A stretch of DNA of 64,000 nucleotides, taken from contig NC_135251.1 of NCBI RefSeq assembly GCF_964204865.1, positions 15,190,001 to 15,254,000 on the forward strand. The letters are read 5' to 3'. A program made the translations under genes and the position numbers. This DNA comes from Styela clava (taxonomy: Eukaryota). Numbering within the stretch: position 1 is the stretch's first letter; each line of letters starts with the position of its first letter. The notes under the pieces are model-generated. The model worked only from the letters and a program-made list of their open reading frames with translations, was not told the origin of the DNA and did not search any database. This document shows positions 43,560 to 56,079 of the stretch, piece by piece.

Positions 43560-43725
43560 CCCGTAGATTGCATCCCATACGGTCGCTTACCCTATTACTC
43601 CTACAAAAGTCTTGATGGTGGAGGAAGCCACAACCGAACAGCGGTTGCGTGAACCACCTACCGTACTGCCTTACGGCGACAATGAGTCCAGTCCAGCAAT
43701 CCTCTTGCACAGCGGTTCCCAACCT
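43560..43725 (-). mobile_element. Degenerate tRNA-SINE fragment
   Basis: gaggaagccacaaccgaacagcggttgcgtgaaccacc matches the SINE body at 44090-44160. Confidence 0.7.
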
Positions 43726-43937
43726 TTACCTGGGGGTCCTAGTGTGGTCGCGAAGGTCTTGCGAAACAGTAGAAAACTAAACAAAGCTTTAGGTTGCCAT
43801 TTTGGCTTTTTTCAAAAACGTTTGGCGTCAGAATTTCCGTTTGGCTTTTTGGCGTTTTTTTGGTTTTATTCAAGTCTATTCTAGTGTATATTATTAAAAT
43901 CATATAAAATACAATATTTAGTGTGTGACAACTGAAT

Positions 43938-44262
43938 AATAGGATAGGATTTACATATTTATCCCGGGGAAGAGGAAAGCCGATAAGACGGCTTATCCAT
44001 ATGGCGAACCAGGGCCTCTCGTCCGGTTACCATTCCAAGTCGGGTATGGGATTGGTTAAATTGTTTTGTTTTCAGAAGCATGGACTTGGTGGCGAAGGAA
44101 GCCGTAACCGACCAGCGGTTACGTGAACCACCCAACGACAGCGAGAAGCCCAGCAATCCTCTCGCACATAACCATCCCTGCATGGGATTCGAACCTGCGA
44201 ACCCACGCAGAGTAATTAGAGGTGCTGTGGCGAGCGTATTCCTAACGCTAAGCCACACCGCC
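43938..44262 (-). mobile_element. tRNA-derived SINE, near full length
   Basis: B box GGTTCGAATCC, head GGCGGTGTGGCT, tail atcctatcctatt; ~90% similar by eye to 53195-53960. Confidence 0.85.
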
Positions 44263-45816
44263 TATTACCTGTACTTAGCTACTTAACATCAGGCTTTCCT
44301 GGAGCATCGATTCCCTTGTTTGTTACATTTACTCTTAACCATACCCAATAAGAAATAATTGCAGTTTCTGCAGCTGCTCAGACAGATGTTCAAGCAGGGT
44401 TGTAAACATTGCCTCGTTTTTATAGTTTTGCATGTTATTTGTCAGTTTTCAGCTCTGTTTCCAAAAAGTAGTTGTATAACTTAATTTTCATTATGCCTGA
44501 TATGGTTTATGCAACGACTAACATACCGGGTTTATGTGAGCTTTAGTTTAATTCTGCAATTGCAGTAATCCAAATTTAGTCTCACGAACGATGTGATTAA
44601 CTACGCTAAAATTACTGAATTAGATATTAGTGGTCCACCTGTGAGCGGCACAGGGTTAGATAATTTTTTAATAAAATTGATGGTTTATAAATTTAAAAAG
44701 TGAAAAAATGTTCTATAGTAAAGTACGATATAGGGAGAATTTTTTAAGGTATATCACAAGTTTAATTAGAGACATGTAGGTATATTACATACTGAAGCGG
44801 CACCCTGTATTGTATATATTGAATGGTGAAATAATTCTGTCCACTTGATATTTATTTCACCTTCTACAGTTCTATAGGAACTTTACTTTCTATTTGTGTG
44901 CCTCACTGATTGAGCTGATGACTCTACATCATCATCAGTACCGGTACGTTGCCAAGGGCTTAAAATCTGACAAATCATGGGGCTTTTGTACTTGGTAAAA
45001 TTGTTGGCTTATTTTGTGTCTTGATTTGGCTTTTTTTGATTGCTGGGATCTGGCAACCCTGGCTGTGGAACGCCGGGATTTGGTACCGAAGGGTTTAATC
45101 GTAGTAGTATATATTTACGGTTTAATCAACCCCGTGTAACTCCGGAAAATTCTCCCGATGTTGAATTCGCCGACACGCTTGACTTGGTGCTGACAGATTA
45201 TTATTGCTTCAAAATCATCGTGCGACTTCCTGCGTTTATCTGTGTTCTGACGGCGCTGTCTCGCGTCAAGATTAAAAGTAAGTGACTTATAAATATTCAA
45301 GTTAGTTGTGCACATGGAATATTACACGATAGAACTGATAGAATGCAGATTACAAAACAAAATAGAGGAACAATCAATGGAGTGGGAAGGCCCTAGGGAC
45401 CGGTTCAGCACTCGAAAGCACATTGACAGTAAGATTTTAAATTCACTTTGAAGCTCCCATGAGTAGATGTAGTCTAGTAGAGAGCCACTTTGAGCTACGA
45501 TTGTTCAGCATAAAAAAGAGTAAGTTGTAAATGTTCTTATAGGTACCCAATACAGTAATGATTTGTCAAGGAATGCAAATTTTGATAAGAGATATGTGTA
45601 TTTTCGGATCATAAAAAAGTTGCAGCGTGAGGATTTATGCTGTGTGATCAAAGCAGTAAGCAAGAATACAAATTAACTGATGGGTGATTGAAATTGTGAC
45701 GTCTGTATGAAAAACATAAATTAAACACACATATTTTAACTTCAATTAATTAGTGTTTTATGATGGAGTTCTACTGATCTTGATAACTTTTTCCCATACT
45801 CATTCTGTCATTGTAT

Positions 45817-48800
45817 AGAGGACTTGCACGGGTCACGTGACATTGTTACTAGACGGCAATAAAACAAAAACGTCCATTTGGCTCCTGTCAGTTGCAAGTC
45901 GGATTATACGTTTGCGTTTTGTTTGGCTGTTGAAAATGGTTATTTCGTTGTTCTGTTGGCTGTACGTATAGTATAGACAACGAAATGGATCTTCAGTAAT
46001 ATTCCACTGATTTCAAAAGATCCTGAACGTCGCGCAATGTGGATATCATCTATTGCCTATTGGCAGAACTGCTTGGTGTCAAGTCCAGAAGCCATCTTAC
46101 TTGTGTTTCACTGTTTGCGGACAGCACTTCGTTGATGGTGAGTGATAATGTGGTGATAGTGCGCCGTTATCAATTTCTTTAAATATTCACAAGCTCCCTC
46201 ATTTCAATGGAAAGCAGATGACAAACTACTGTTATCAGTAGCCCTAGGCGTGGGCCTACTTGACTTGTGTAAGACGGTAAGGAATTAATAATCAATAATC
46301 AACTACTGTTATTAGGAGGCCTACTTCCAGTTGCAGACTTGACTTGTGTAAGACAGTAAGGAATTAATAATCAATTGCTGTAAGGTATTGTTTCCCTGAT
46401 TAGCAGGTAATCTATTACTAAGTGTGAAAGGTTGAATAGATAACTAAAGTTTAACACCAGTGGTCATGCAAAAAATAACCAGAATTCGCCATCTAGGAAT
46501 ACGCTCGCCACCGCATCTCTGATCACCCTGGTAGTTTCACAGGTTTCAATCCCATGCGGGGATAGTTATGTGCTAGAGGATTGCAGCTCTACTCCCACCG
46601 AGGGTGGTTCACATGACCGCTGATCGGTTACGACCATTCCCCACCATCCAAGTCCATGCTTCTGAAAACAAATAACTGGCTCCCCCCAGATAAATCCTAT
46701 CCTAATGGTGCTTGTACAACTGATGTCTTTTTATTGTCATTGGTAAAAAAGATATGCTACCCGGAATCAAATTCATTTACGACTAGTGGCTGTGGTGGGA
46801 TATGGACATAAATTTCACCTTCCTTGACCGTTAGATTTTATGAAAACTCTTATCTTACAGATATGGGTGCGACCATGGAATATATGGATGGCAAAGTATA
46901 AGTTGCAACAATACCACAGTGGCACAAGACCTCAGCATGCGTGACTTGATAATACATCCTCAGTATCCATTTATTGATGCTTATCGTAATGACAAAGTAA
47001 CTTGTCATTACTGTGGATTGGTGGAGATAGAGTGTCCATTGTGCTTTAACGAAATCAACTTCAAGACGACCCTATCAAGAAAAAAAAATTGTTTCGGTGG
47101 GTCTGGTCGTGAAGGTTTCAGTCTAATGTTGGACACCGACACTACAACCAGTTACAGTTGCCAATGAAACTTAAGCGAGGCGTAATATTGCGACTTTGTG
47201 ATCTGAAAGGAAATTCTGATGGGTAGCCGGCTAGCCGCAACCTTTTGTTTAAAGAATATTATGAGATACGACTTAAGAGTCTAAACTTTTATTTGAGAGG
47301 GGTATAACCCAAGCTAATTTGCAAATAGTATTCATGGTATTCATTTTAGAGTAATTATAAATTATATTTGAAAAATAAAGCACATCAAAAATGTATTTTT
47401 AAAAAACAATTGGTTTTATCTGCAGATACTAGGTTGATATTGAGATTGACCATTTCAATGCTTAATTTTCTTCAGTCAAAAGGCACACTTGATTCGCAAA
47501 AATTTGTGAATGCGCACAGTACACCAATTTGTCTAATGTTTTGATTCCATAGGCAGGAGGTTGTGGATCGGTGCTGCTTAGGATGGGATATTTTTGCCTC
47601 TAAATGCATATTACGTGTATTACATGTTTCACATGAATCCATCGTGCTCAGATTCGACTGTTTTCAAGGTCTGAAGGCTCCAACAGCCTTATTTTATGGG
47701 TACACAAGAGAATTTTCAGTGTGGCATGCATGGGTCAGTTGGAGTCACCAACCTCAAGATATCTATAAGCAAGGATAAGATAACCTGGGAGTAACATTCC
47801 ATAATTTAGAGTAAAAAATGTATCTGCCTCCACTGCCCTTTCAAATGGAAGATATGATGCCTCGGGGGTAATTTCTATCAAATATTTTACAGTATTATGG
47901 TTTTAGTGAAAAGGGGTGTAGACGGCTTTTTTTAAAGTGTGGTAGGTCTAGTCGAAAGACACATTAAATGTTTATGCTAACAACTGCGAATTAATATTGC
48001 AACGCATACAAGTTAACAGAATTTGTGGAAATGGTCCTGCCTTTTGCCTTTCTTCAAAATCCTCTTTTTTCTAACTATTCTCTTCTTTTACTGGGGATGG
48101 CGAAAATTCAAATATCAATGGGACATGTAAGCAGCTGATAATGGGTTATCTTCCCTTTCTCCTGAAAATAAATTACACACTAATCATCATTTGACAGTGC
48201 CAAGTTTGTGTATCAGATCAGTAATAAATTACCTGCTAACTAACAAAACAATCAGACAACACCTTCTGACCATTAATGAAGATTTCTTTCAAAACACAAC
48301 TATGCCTACCAATGTGGGTAGTTTTTAGGATAGAATTTATCTGTGGTTGGGGACAGATTGCAAGGTGCAACATCGTACGATTACCATTCTATGTCGGGAT
48401 TAGTTAGCCATTTATTTGTTTTAGAACTAGAAGCATGGACTTGATGGTGGGGGATGTCGTAATCGACCAGCGGTCATGTGAACCACCCTTAGTGGGAGGA
48501 GAGCTGCAATCCCCTCGCACATAACTATCCCCGCATGGGATTGGAACCTGTGAAACTCCCAGGGGGATCAGAGATGCGGTGGCGAGCGTATTCTCAGATA
48601 GAGAATTCAATTGAATTCTGGTTATTTTTTGCATTAGCACTGGCGTTAAACTTTAGTTATCTATTCAAATTTTCACACTTACTAATAGATTACCTGCTAA
48701 CTAGGGAAACAATACCTTATGGCAAATATTGATAAATACCTTACACGAGTCAAGTCTGCAAGTAGGCCTACGCCTAAGCCTACCAATAACAGTAGTTTGT

Positions 48801-49188
48801 CATCTGCTTTCCATTGAAATGAGGGAGCTTATGAATATTTAAAAAAATTGATAACGGCACATCATGACTCACCATCAACGAAGTGCTGTCCGCAAACAGT
48901 GAAACACGAGTAAGATGGCTTCTGGACTTGACACCAAACAGTCCTGCCAATAGATGATGTCCACATTGCGCGACGTTCCGGATCTTTTGAAAACAGTGGA
49001 ATATAGCTGAAGATCCATTTCGTTGTCCATACTATACGTACAGCCAGCGGAACAATACTAAATAACCATTTACAACAGCCAAACAAAACGGAAACGTATA
49101 ATCCGACTTGCAACTGACAGGAGCCAAATGGACGTTTTTGTTTTATTGCCGTCCAGTAACAAGGTCACGTGACCCGTGCAAGTCCTCT
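45817..49188. mobile_element. Decayed ISL2EU (Harbinger-related) DNA transposon with ~870-bp inverted arms
   Basis: Termini AT|AGAGGACTTGCACGGGTCACGTGAC ... GTCACGTGACCCGTGCAAGTCCTCT|AT. THAP remnant in each arm (KDPERRAMW..VCGQHFVDG). YqaJ-like nuclease remnant on + (~46860-47230, HPQYPFI..CHYCGLVEIECP). DDE transposase C-terminal remnant on - (~47474-48165, pieces LLPG, LEPSDLENSRI, RQKYPILSS, NFCESSVPFD). Confidence 0.8.
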
Positions 49189-50954
49189 ATACAAAGTCAC
49201 CAGCTGCATATTACAACATAAGAGGTGTTTTACGTTTGCCATGATAATCCATTTTGCTTGATTTCAGGCTGGTACTAAATAGTTAGCCTTTCACATAAAT
49301 TGGATACCTATTATTGCTATTATCTAAACATGGCTTCAACATATATATATATATATTTATAATTTTAGATGTGTCAAAAAGTTTTGAATTATGTGTTTTT
49401 AAATTATTGATTTGTGATCAATAGCAATAACTTTTTTGCTACTGCAAAATCCACCACATTTGTCGAATGCATTAATATTTCTCCTGGAATTGTTACATTT
49501 TATTAATTCCAATTTGGTTTGTGGGGTATTCACATTTTTGTCTCAAATAATACTTTTTCAAAGTGGCTGTTATACTTATATATAAACACATACATGCTTA
49601 GATGGTAGACAAGGTTCAATCGTTGTGGGCAATTTATTTCAAAATATCGTAACTGAAATATAAATTTTTGCAGACGTCTCGAAACTCACTTTTGAAGAAT
49701 GATTTGCTGTCACCAGACGGGGTTTTGGCATGGAAACACATCTAGAGGGATTTTATGAAGATATGTCTGAAAAAAATATTTGAAACAGCCATGTAAACTT
49801 TCAGACCAACATGTTTAACTCAATAGCTTGATAAAAATGTCTGTTAAATATTAAGCACAGGTAGGCTATAGCACAAAGAATTGTTTTGGGTATTAATTCA
49901 TTTGTATTTTCTAATTAGATCCATCTCCTATTGAGCATTTAAATACTTGGATCATGATTATTATTTCTAAAATTACCAACAGTATTCAGGTCATTAATAA
50001 CAGATGAACCGGGGAAATTTTTCTTTGTAGGTTCTTCCTGCATCTGTTGCTAGGATTTCGGAGATGTCTGAATTTGAAGCAACGCCAAGTTTTGCAAACT
50101 GCAAAATACCTTTTTTGACACATGCGACAGCAGTACTGACGTGGCTTCCCTCAAAAACGGAAATCTACTACTACTCTCTGAAACATCTGGAGACAAAAGA
50201 CTGCAGTAGATCAGCTGAAATTTCATAAATTATTTTACACACTTGAAGTCTACAACAGGTGATTAGCTCAAGGATTTTTTAACAAAATAAATGCCATACA
50301 GCTACATGCAACACATTCTGTAGTCATATTTAAAAAACAACAACATTTCATTGCTTCTCCAGCGTATGAAGGGCTCCAAATACTGGTACCTTCAACATGT
50401 GATATACCATATTAGACCAAACATCTGTCAGACCCCCCTTTAAGTGTAAGATAAAAGTCTTCTAAATTGTTTTACTATATCATACATATAAATTTTTCCT
50501 GGCTTGAAACACTTTTTAGAGTTAGACCATCGAGACTATTATGAACTAACATTTACGATCAGACCTGCTAGGTGTTTTGGTCTAACTTGTCAATTAAAGA
50601 TTTCAGACCTCCCCCACCCCCCCTTCAAAATCTTCAGCAATGCCCGTAGGGCCTCACCTTAAATATTGAATGAATCGCCAAAAGATTTTCAGTTTAAAAG
50701 ATGCATATTTTGCAGTTCGCGGGGCTGGGAATCCATCGGTACTCCAGTTGATTGAAAAGCAGCAACTAAAAAGAAATATGTAGCAATCTCCACGTGATAG
50801 AACCTAAATTGCCTTTTTAATCCAGCTAAGAACCACTCCCAAAGCTTTAAAAAACATCAATACCACTATTAATATAACTCGATATTCAGTGTTTATTCAC
50901 ATTAGTAATTAAAATAATAATTTGTATTTCTATGGATTATTGAGAAAAAAACTT

Positions 50955-51184
50955 GGGTACTCCAGAAATACGTGTACCAAGATGACGGACAACGGAACAT
51001 AGTATGTGTACCAGGTTAGGCCATACTTTTAGGTACAAATACTACAAAACTCACTTGGTTAGTCCCTGAACTCGTAATGGAACTAAAATAAGGAAAAAGG
51101 AATAACATTTTGGCCTGACCCTAACGTGGTACACATACTACGTTCCGGTGTCCTCATTTCTTGGTACGCATACTTCAGGAGTAC
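50955..51184. mobile_element. MITE, same family as 3294-3531
   Basis: TIR gtactccagaaatacgtgtaccaaga / tcttggtacgcatacttcaggagtac; same internal spacer. Confidence 0.8.
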
Positions 51185-52479
51185 TTGACTGTAATCACAT
51201 ACATCTTAATCTTCGTTCTAGCTGCTTTGTTTCTTCAATTGTTTTCGTATTCCATGAGTCCTATTGTCCATCTTGTTGTTATTATTTTGGAAGCAGTACT
51301 TTGCGTATACATTTGCTCAAATATTTTGAATACTTTTTCAAGTAGTGTTGTTACATCTTGACATTCAGTTACATTGTTTAATAGGTATTCGCTCATGAAT
51401 GATTTGAAAATATTTTTCTTCTATATCAAGTGTCGGATGTTCAATGATGTGATGATGGAAATAAATTTATGCTGCTTGCATGTGTTGAGATAGCCTTTGT
51501 ATAATCATTGACTCTTAAAAAAGTTATTTATAGATTGGTTTGATTAATTTCTTGAGCAGAGCCTTGTGTTTCTGGGTTGCATTATTAACAGAAATTGCTG
51601 CTCTACCTATGCATTCCAGATTGTTGTCACATTCACAAAAGCTGCAGTGCGCAAATCACTGGCCCTTCGTTTAGTTTGACGCCGTTGAATTCTTTCTCAT
51701 AATCATCACGGCAAATTTTTTACGTTTACTCATTTTATCTCTTATGAAGTTCCAGATCTAAACTAAATTCAAAGTTTAATTTACTGGTATATTCATTTAA
51801 AAGCTTAAAAATAAGGACACACGTCAAAATAAAGATATTTCTTAGAAATAAAGACAAAACTATTTCCTAAAACAAAGACCTTCAAAATAAGGACAAATTC
51901 TAAGAATAAGGACGTTGTGGCAGCCCTGATTATAGGTCAAGTGGAGAAAAAACTTCTGTGAAGGCTACAATACTTGAGATGGAGTGAGACCAAAATGCTG
52001 TGCTACTAAGCGTTTTTTTTTTTTTTATATGAAGTGCAAAGTATTCATTTTCGTCACCACTTTACCTACATCTGACTGACATTTTTTGCAATGCATCGCA
52101 TTTTTGATGCCTTGCTTTCTTTCGACAAGGAAGTTGTCACATCATCCTGGTCATTTGCAAGTCAGACTGTGTCTTCATTTTCACAATTATTTGTTCATTT
52201 TTATCAAATTTCTTCGTCCTTTCAGCAAATATTTCGATTAGGCATCAATGAACAGGGCTAGTTTTCGAGCTGTGATGCAGAAGCGTCGTCGTCGTTAAGC
52301 ATCTTGTCTGAACAAAACCAACCGTGACGCCCGCCACTTGGAGGTGCAACTTCGCCTTAGTTTGTTTATTATACTGCGAGCGGAGTTGGACATCTAGTAG
52401 TAGTATATATTTACGGTTTAATGCAGAGTAGGCTTGTAGTCTATGTTGTTTCATCGTTTTCTTCTCTGGGCGTAACCGA

Positions 52480-52937
52480 TGTACCAGAGGACGTGCAATA
52501 TGAACTTCTTGATCTTCGTTGTCACGTGATCTATTTTGTGAAAAAACATTAGCCTAGTTCTGGTGCTGCATGTATGAACTTATCTTTCCGAATTCTGCTA
52601 CCGGTACGGTACCATTTGCCACAACGTATTTGTGCAAAAGCGGCTTTTCAGCTCTTCTTCAGATAAAAACAAAGGCACGAAATCGAATGAAAATCGAGGA
52701 TGATATGCGACTAGCTTTGTCAAAAACTCAACCACGAATTACGCAGTTGACTAAGCGGTTTCAATGCCAGCCGTCACATAGAGTAAAACTGCAGCTTGAT
52801 GAAATTAAATTGCACAATATTCAATTTGCCGGTTGTTCTATTGATAAGTATAGAAAGTGATGCAGGGGGTCGCGACTCGCGAGGTATGTGTAAACCACCG
52901 AAGGGGGTCGCTAGCCAAAAAAGGTTGGGAACCACTG
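52480..52937 (+). mobile_element. hAT (Buster/Charlie-type) transposase C-terminal remnant with 3' TIR
   Basis: PFATTYLCKSGFSALLQIKTKARNR..DMRLALS...QPSH, followed by gggggtcgc..aaaaaggttgggaaccactg. Confidence 0.85.
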
Positions 52938-53194
52938 CTCTTGCACATAACGGGTGGAGGCTAACTCGCCATGGACCCCTCGCCATGCGACGGCGGTTAA
53001 CGGGTACCGGATTACCGGTATGCCTGCAACTGTACGAAGGCTCTTCCTGTAATGGGAGATGGAAAAGTAACTGTTTTATTTATATTTATCAATAGTGAGG
53101 ATTAAATGTGTTTGGTTAGAATACTATGCAAGGGATGACAAAGTGACAGAAAAACGTACCGGTAGCGTACGGTACGCGACACGCAAAGATTAAG

Positions 53195-53961
53195 ATTTAC
53201 ATATTTATCCCGGGGGAGAGGAAAGCCAATAATACGGCTTATCCATATGGCGAACCACGGCCTCTCGTCCGGTTACCATTCCGAGTCGGGTTTGTTTTTT
53301 TCGGAAGCATGGACTTGGTGGTGGAGGAAACCATAACCGACCAGCGGTTACGTGAACCACCCAACGACGGCGAGGAGTCCAGCAATCCTCTCGCACATAA
53401 CTATCCCTGCATGGGATTCGAACCTGCGAACCCACGCAGAGTAATTAGAGGTGCGGTGGCGAGCGTATGCCTAACGCTGGGTCTAGTATAGTTTGGTACC
53501 ACAAGTACTTCCAGTGGACGTAGCATAACGAATTTTGCATATGTTATTCCTAACCCCCACCTGACTATGTCACTAAAAAATTACGACACTACGACGTCAT
53601 CAACACGCCATAAGGCCTGCCGATATAATTACGATCGCCCGAAATGGCATCAGCGCCGCCGATAACGAACTCGCCAAGGCGGCAATCTCTCTCCTATTGT
53701 GATCGTTGTGACGAGAAACGAGAGAAATAGCTTGCTCGATTTCGGGTGATCGTCTGCGCGCTTTGGACAACCATCCGCATACTTTGGTGGGCCTTATTAC
53801 GGCACTGTGGCGTTGAAATGACGTAATTTTTCGGTGACGTAGTCAGGTGGGGGTTAGGGTTTACATATGCAAAAATTGTTAAGCCAGGCCAAGTAGAAGT
53901 GCATGTGGTACAAAACTATACCGGACCCCTAACGCTTAGCCCGTTGAGCCACACCGCCGCG
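53195..53961 (-). mobile_element. tRNA-derived SINE split by a MITE
   Basis: A box TGGCTCAACGG (~53941-53951) and B box GGTTCGAATCC (~53414-53424), separated by the insertion at 53479-53928. Confidence 0.85.
53479..53928. mobile_element. 450-bp MITE, GGG/CCC termini, ~110-bp TIR, 8-bp TSD (Merlin-like)
   Basis: TSD ctaacgct at 53471-53478 and 53929-53936; the uninterrupted SINE at ~44242 has a single copy of it. Confidence 0.9.
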
Positions 53962-54134
53962 CCAAAGGATGTCTCAACTTAACATTTTCCTCTAAGCATG
54001 CTAAATATATCATCATATTAATTGATTGTGTGAGCACTAAATCAACAGTATGCAATCTAACCCAGTTAGTTACAAAATGCTAAGTTCTATTTCGCTACCA
54101 GCAGTCTCATTTTATTCTAAACAGCCGTTGAATG

Positions 54135-54350
54135 CGAGCTCGAGAGAGAGAGAGAGAGAGCTAATTCGCCATGAATATTTTCTCTATGTTTGTTGATAGA
54201 CATCGCGAGTTCGAGAGAGAGAGGGCTAACTCGCCATGTCTATTTTTTCTATATTTTTTGATCGACATCGCGAGTTCGAGAGAAAGAGAGGGCTAACTCG
54301 CCATGTCTATTTTCTTTATATTTGTCGATCGACATCGCGAGTTCGAGAGA
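54135..54350. repeat. ~57-bp tandem repeat containing (GA)n, ~3.5 units
   Basis: cgagttcgagagagagagggctaactcgccatgtctatttt...gacatcg repeated. Confidence 0.85.
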
Positions 54351-54389
54351 TCTAGGAAAAATATCATCAGAAATTAATTTATATTAATA

Positions 54390-55245
54390 TAGATAGATTT
54401 AGACCCATTCCCGCCATTAGGAATGATAGGGTTTTTATTAGTCTTAGATATTTTTAATGTTATTCTAGCTTCTCAGGCACTGAACTACGAAGGCACTGGG
54501 AAATTAAGAAAAAACGGACACAAGGGAAATCTACAAATTACATGTAAATATTTTTACAAATTTTAGTAGGCTTAGATATTTTTAATGTTATTCTAGCTTC
54601 CCAGGCACAGAATTTTGAAGGCAATGAAGAAATTAAGGAAAAGACTGATACAAGGAAAATCAACAAATTGAATCTAAATATTTTTACGAATTTTATTATG
54701 CTTAGATATTGTTAATATTACCTTATCTTCTCAGACACAGAATTTTGAAGGCACTGAAGAAATTAAAAAAAGACGGAACCAGAGACAAATCTAAAAGACG
54801 GGTAAATATGATACATGTGTTTTATGAGGCAGGCTTACTCTTTGCATCTAGTGTTCATTTTGATTTTAGTTCGATATAATATTTTCTGATTATATTAATA
54901 CTGATACAATAATGCACGAAGTATTATGTTTATTGCTGATATTGAATATTTATTGATAAAGCATCATTAGTAATATGCTGTATCCATATTTGCCTATCTT
55001 ATTTGTCATAATCATTATTTTCTCTTTTCTACTTTTGAGATATTTGCAGCAGGAAACAGAAGATCGTGACACCGACAAAGGAGGAAAAGTATTAACTATT
55101 AACAGGGCTTGCCATGGTTTTTTTGTTTTCAATATTTTATTTGTTATAGATAGATTTAGACCCATTCCCGCCATTAGGAATACCCGCCATTAGTAATAAT
55201 AGGGTATTTATTAGGCTTTGATATTTTTAATGTTATTCTAGCAGA
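54390..55245. repeat. ~130-bp tandem units (x3) plus a partial copy at ~55146-55241
   Basis: cttagatatttttaatgttattctagcttctcaggcac recurs at ~54443, 54571 and 54700; agatagatttagacccattcccgccattaggaat at 54391 and 55148. Confidence 0.8.
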
Positions 55246-56079
55246 AGATAACTTACCGAGAAATAGAAGAAGCCGAACAAAATCTGCGAAGACAATCACG
55301 ATAAGGTATAATATAATGCATTAATGACTGGGTTTTTATTATTTTGACAAGCCACTATTTTTGGTAGTGAACTTTTTGTGGTGGTCCATTGTGGTTTTAT
55401 TAGTATGGTCCCGTTTCCCACATTGCCCAAAATAGTTAATTCGTTTGGCATTTAAATATGGGCATAGGGCGTTTCAGATTTTTCTGGAGCGCGATAGGAC
55501 CCCATTTAAAAGTCCTAACGAGTGGAAAAACCGACACCCCTTGGGTCCACATGGAAGCTCGGTATTATACTTTATCAATTTAGAATATATTTTTTATTTT
55601 AATTGTTAAAAAATGCAATGCTACTATATGCAATGAATATATATTACTTACAATTTCATTTTGATTATTCAAAAAAATGTTACTACTCCAATTACTTTGC
55701 CAATACGTTTTAGTTGTATTTTGCATATATATAATAAATGGAGAAAATATATCTGTATAATGAAATATATTTATTTGCTTTGTTCGATTTTGACTGTATT
55801 CTTCTATTCCCTATCGAAATGGCAGATCTAGTCAGGCTATTAAATGATATAGCTCCACCCAGCAGAATTGTCTGTATCAGACAGCTATATTTAACTGATA
55901 AGAAGGTTTTTATTATCAGTTGGACGCTTGAACCATGTTATTCTCTCATACATCAAGAACCAGATTCAGATCTTTATTTTGTCTGGCATGAAATATTATA
56001 ATGACACAATCTAAGTTCCCAATTGACTAGGGTTCCTGAAAGGCTACCAAAATAAATGCAGTGAGGGGCCATCAAGAAA

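Larger units (their letters stand above)
42300..52395 (-). pseudogene. Fragments of a decayed unknown multi-exon gene interleaved with TEs
   Basis: Phase-compatible exon-like pieces (~43483-43560; 42838-43021 EWTSVLKSQLTTAELVAEYQ; ~42510-42611) and stop-ridden coding-like stretches at ~49900-50215, 51200-51760 and 52065-52395. Confidence 0.35.

Noticed and set aside
43959-44286. Recurrent short ORFs such as MDLVAKEAVTDQRLREPP
   Set aside because: Translations of SINE copies, not a protein family.
22286-45098. ttaacccttcaggtac (22286) and gtaccgaagggtttaa (~45083) as ends of one giant piggyBac
   Set aside because: Imperfect short match 23 kb apart, enclosing ordinary host genes, with no transposase.
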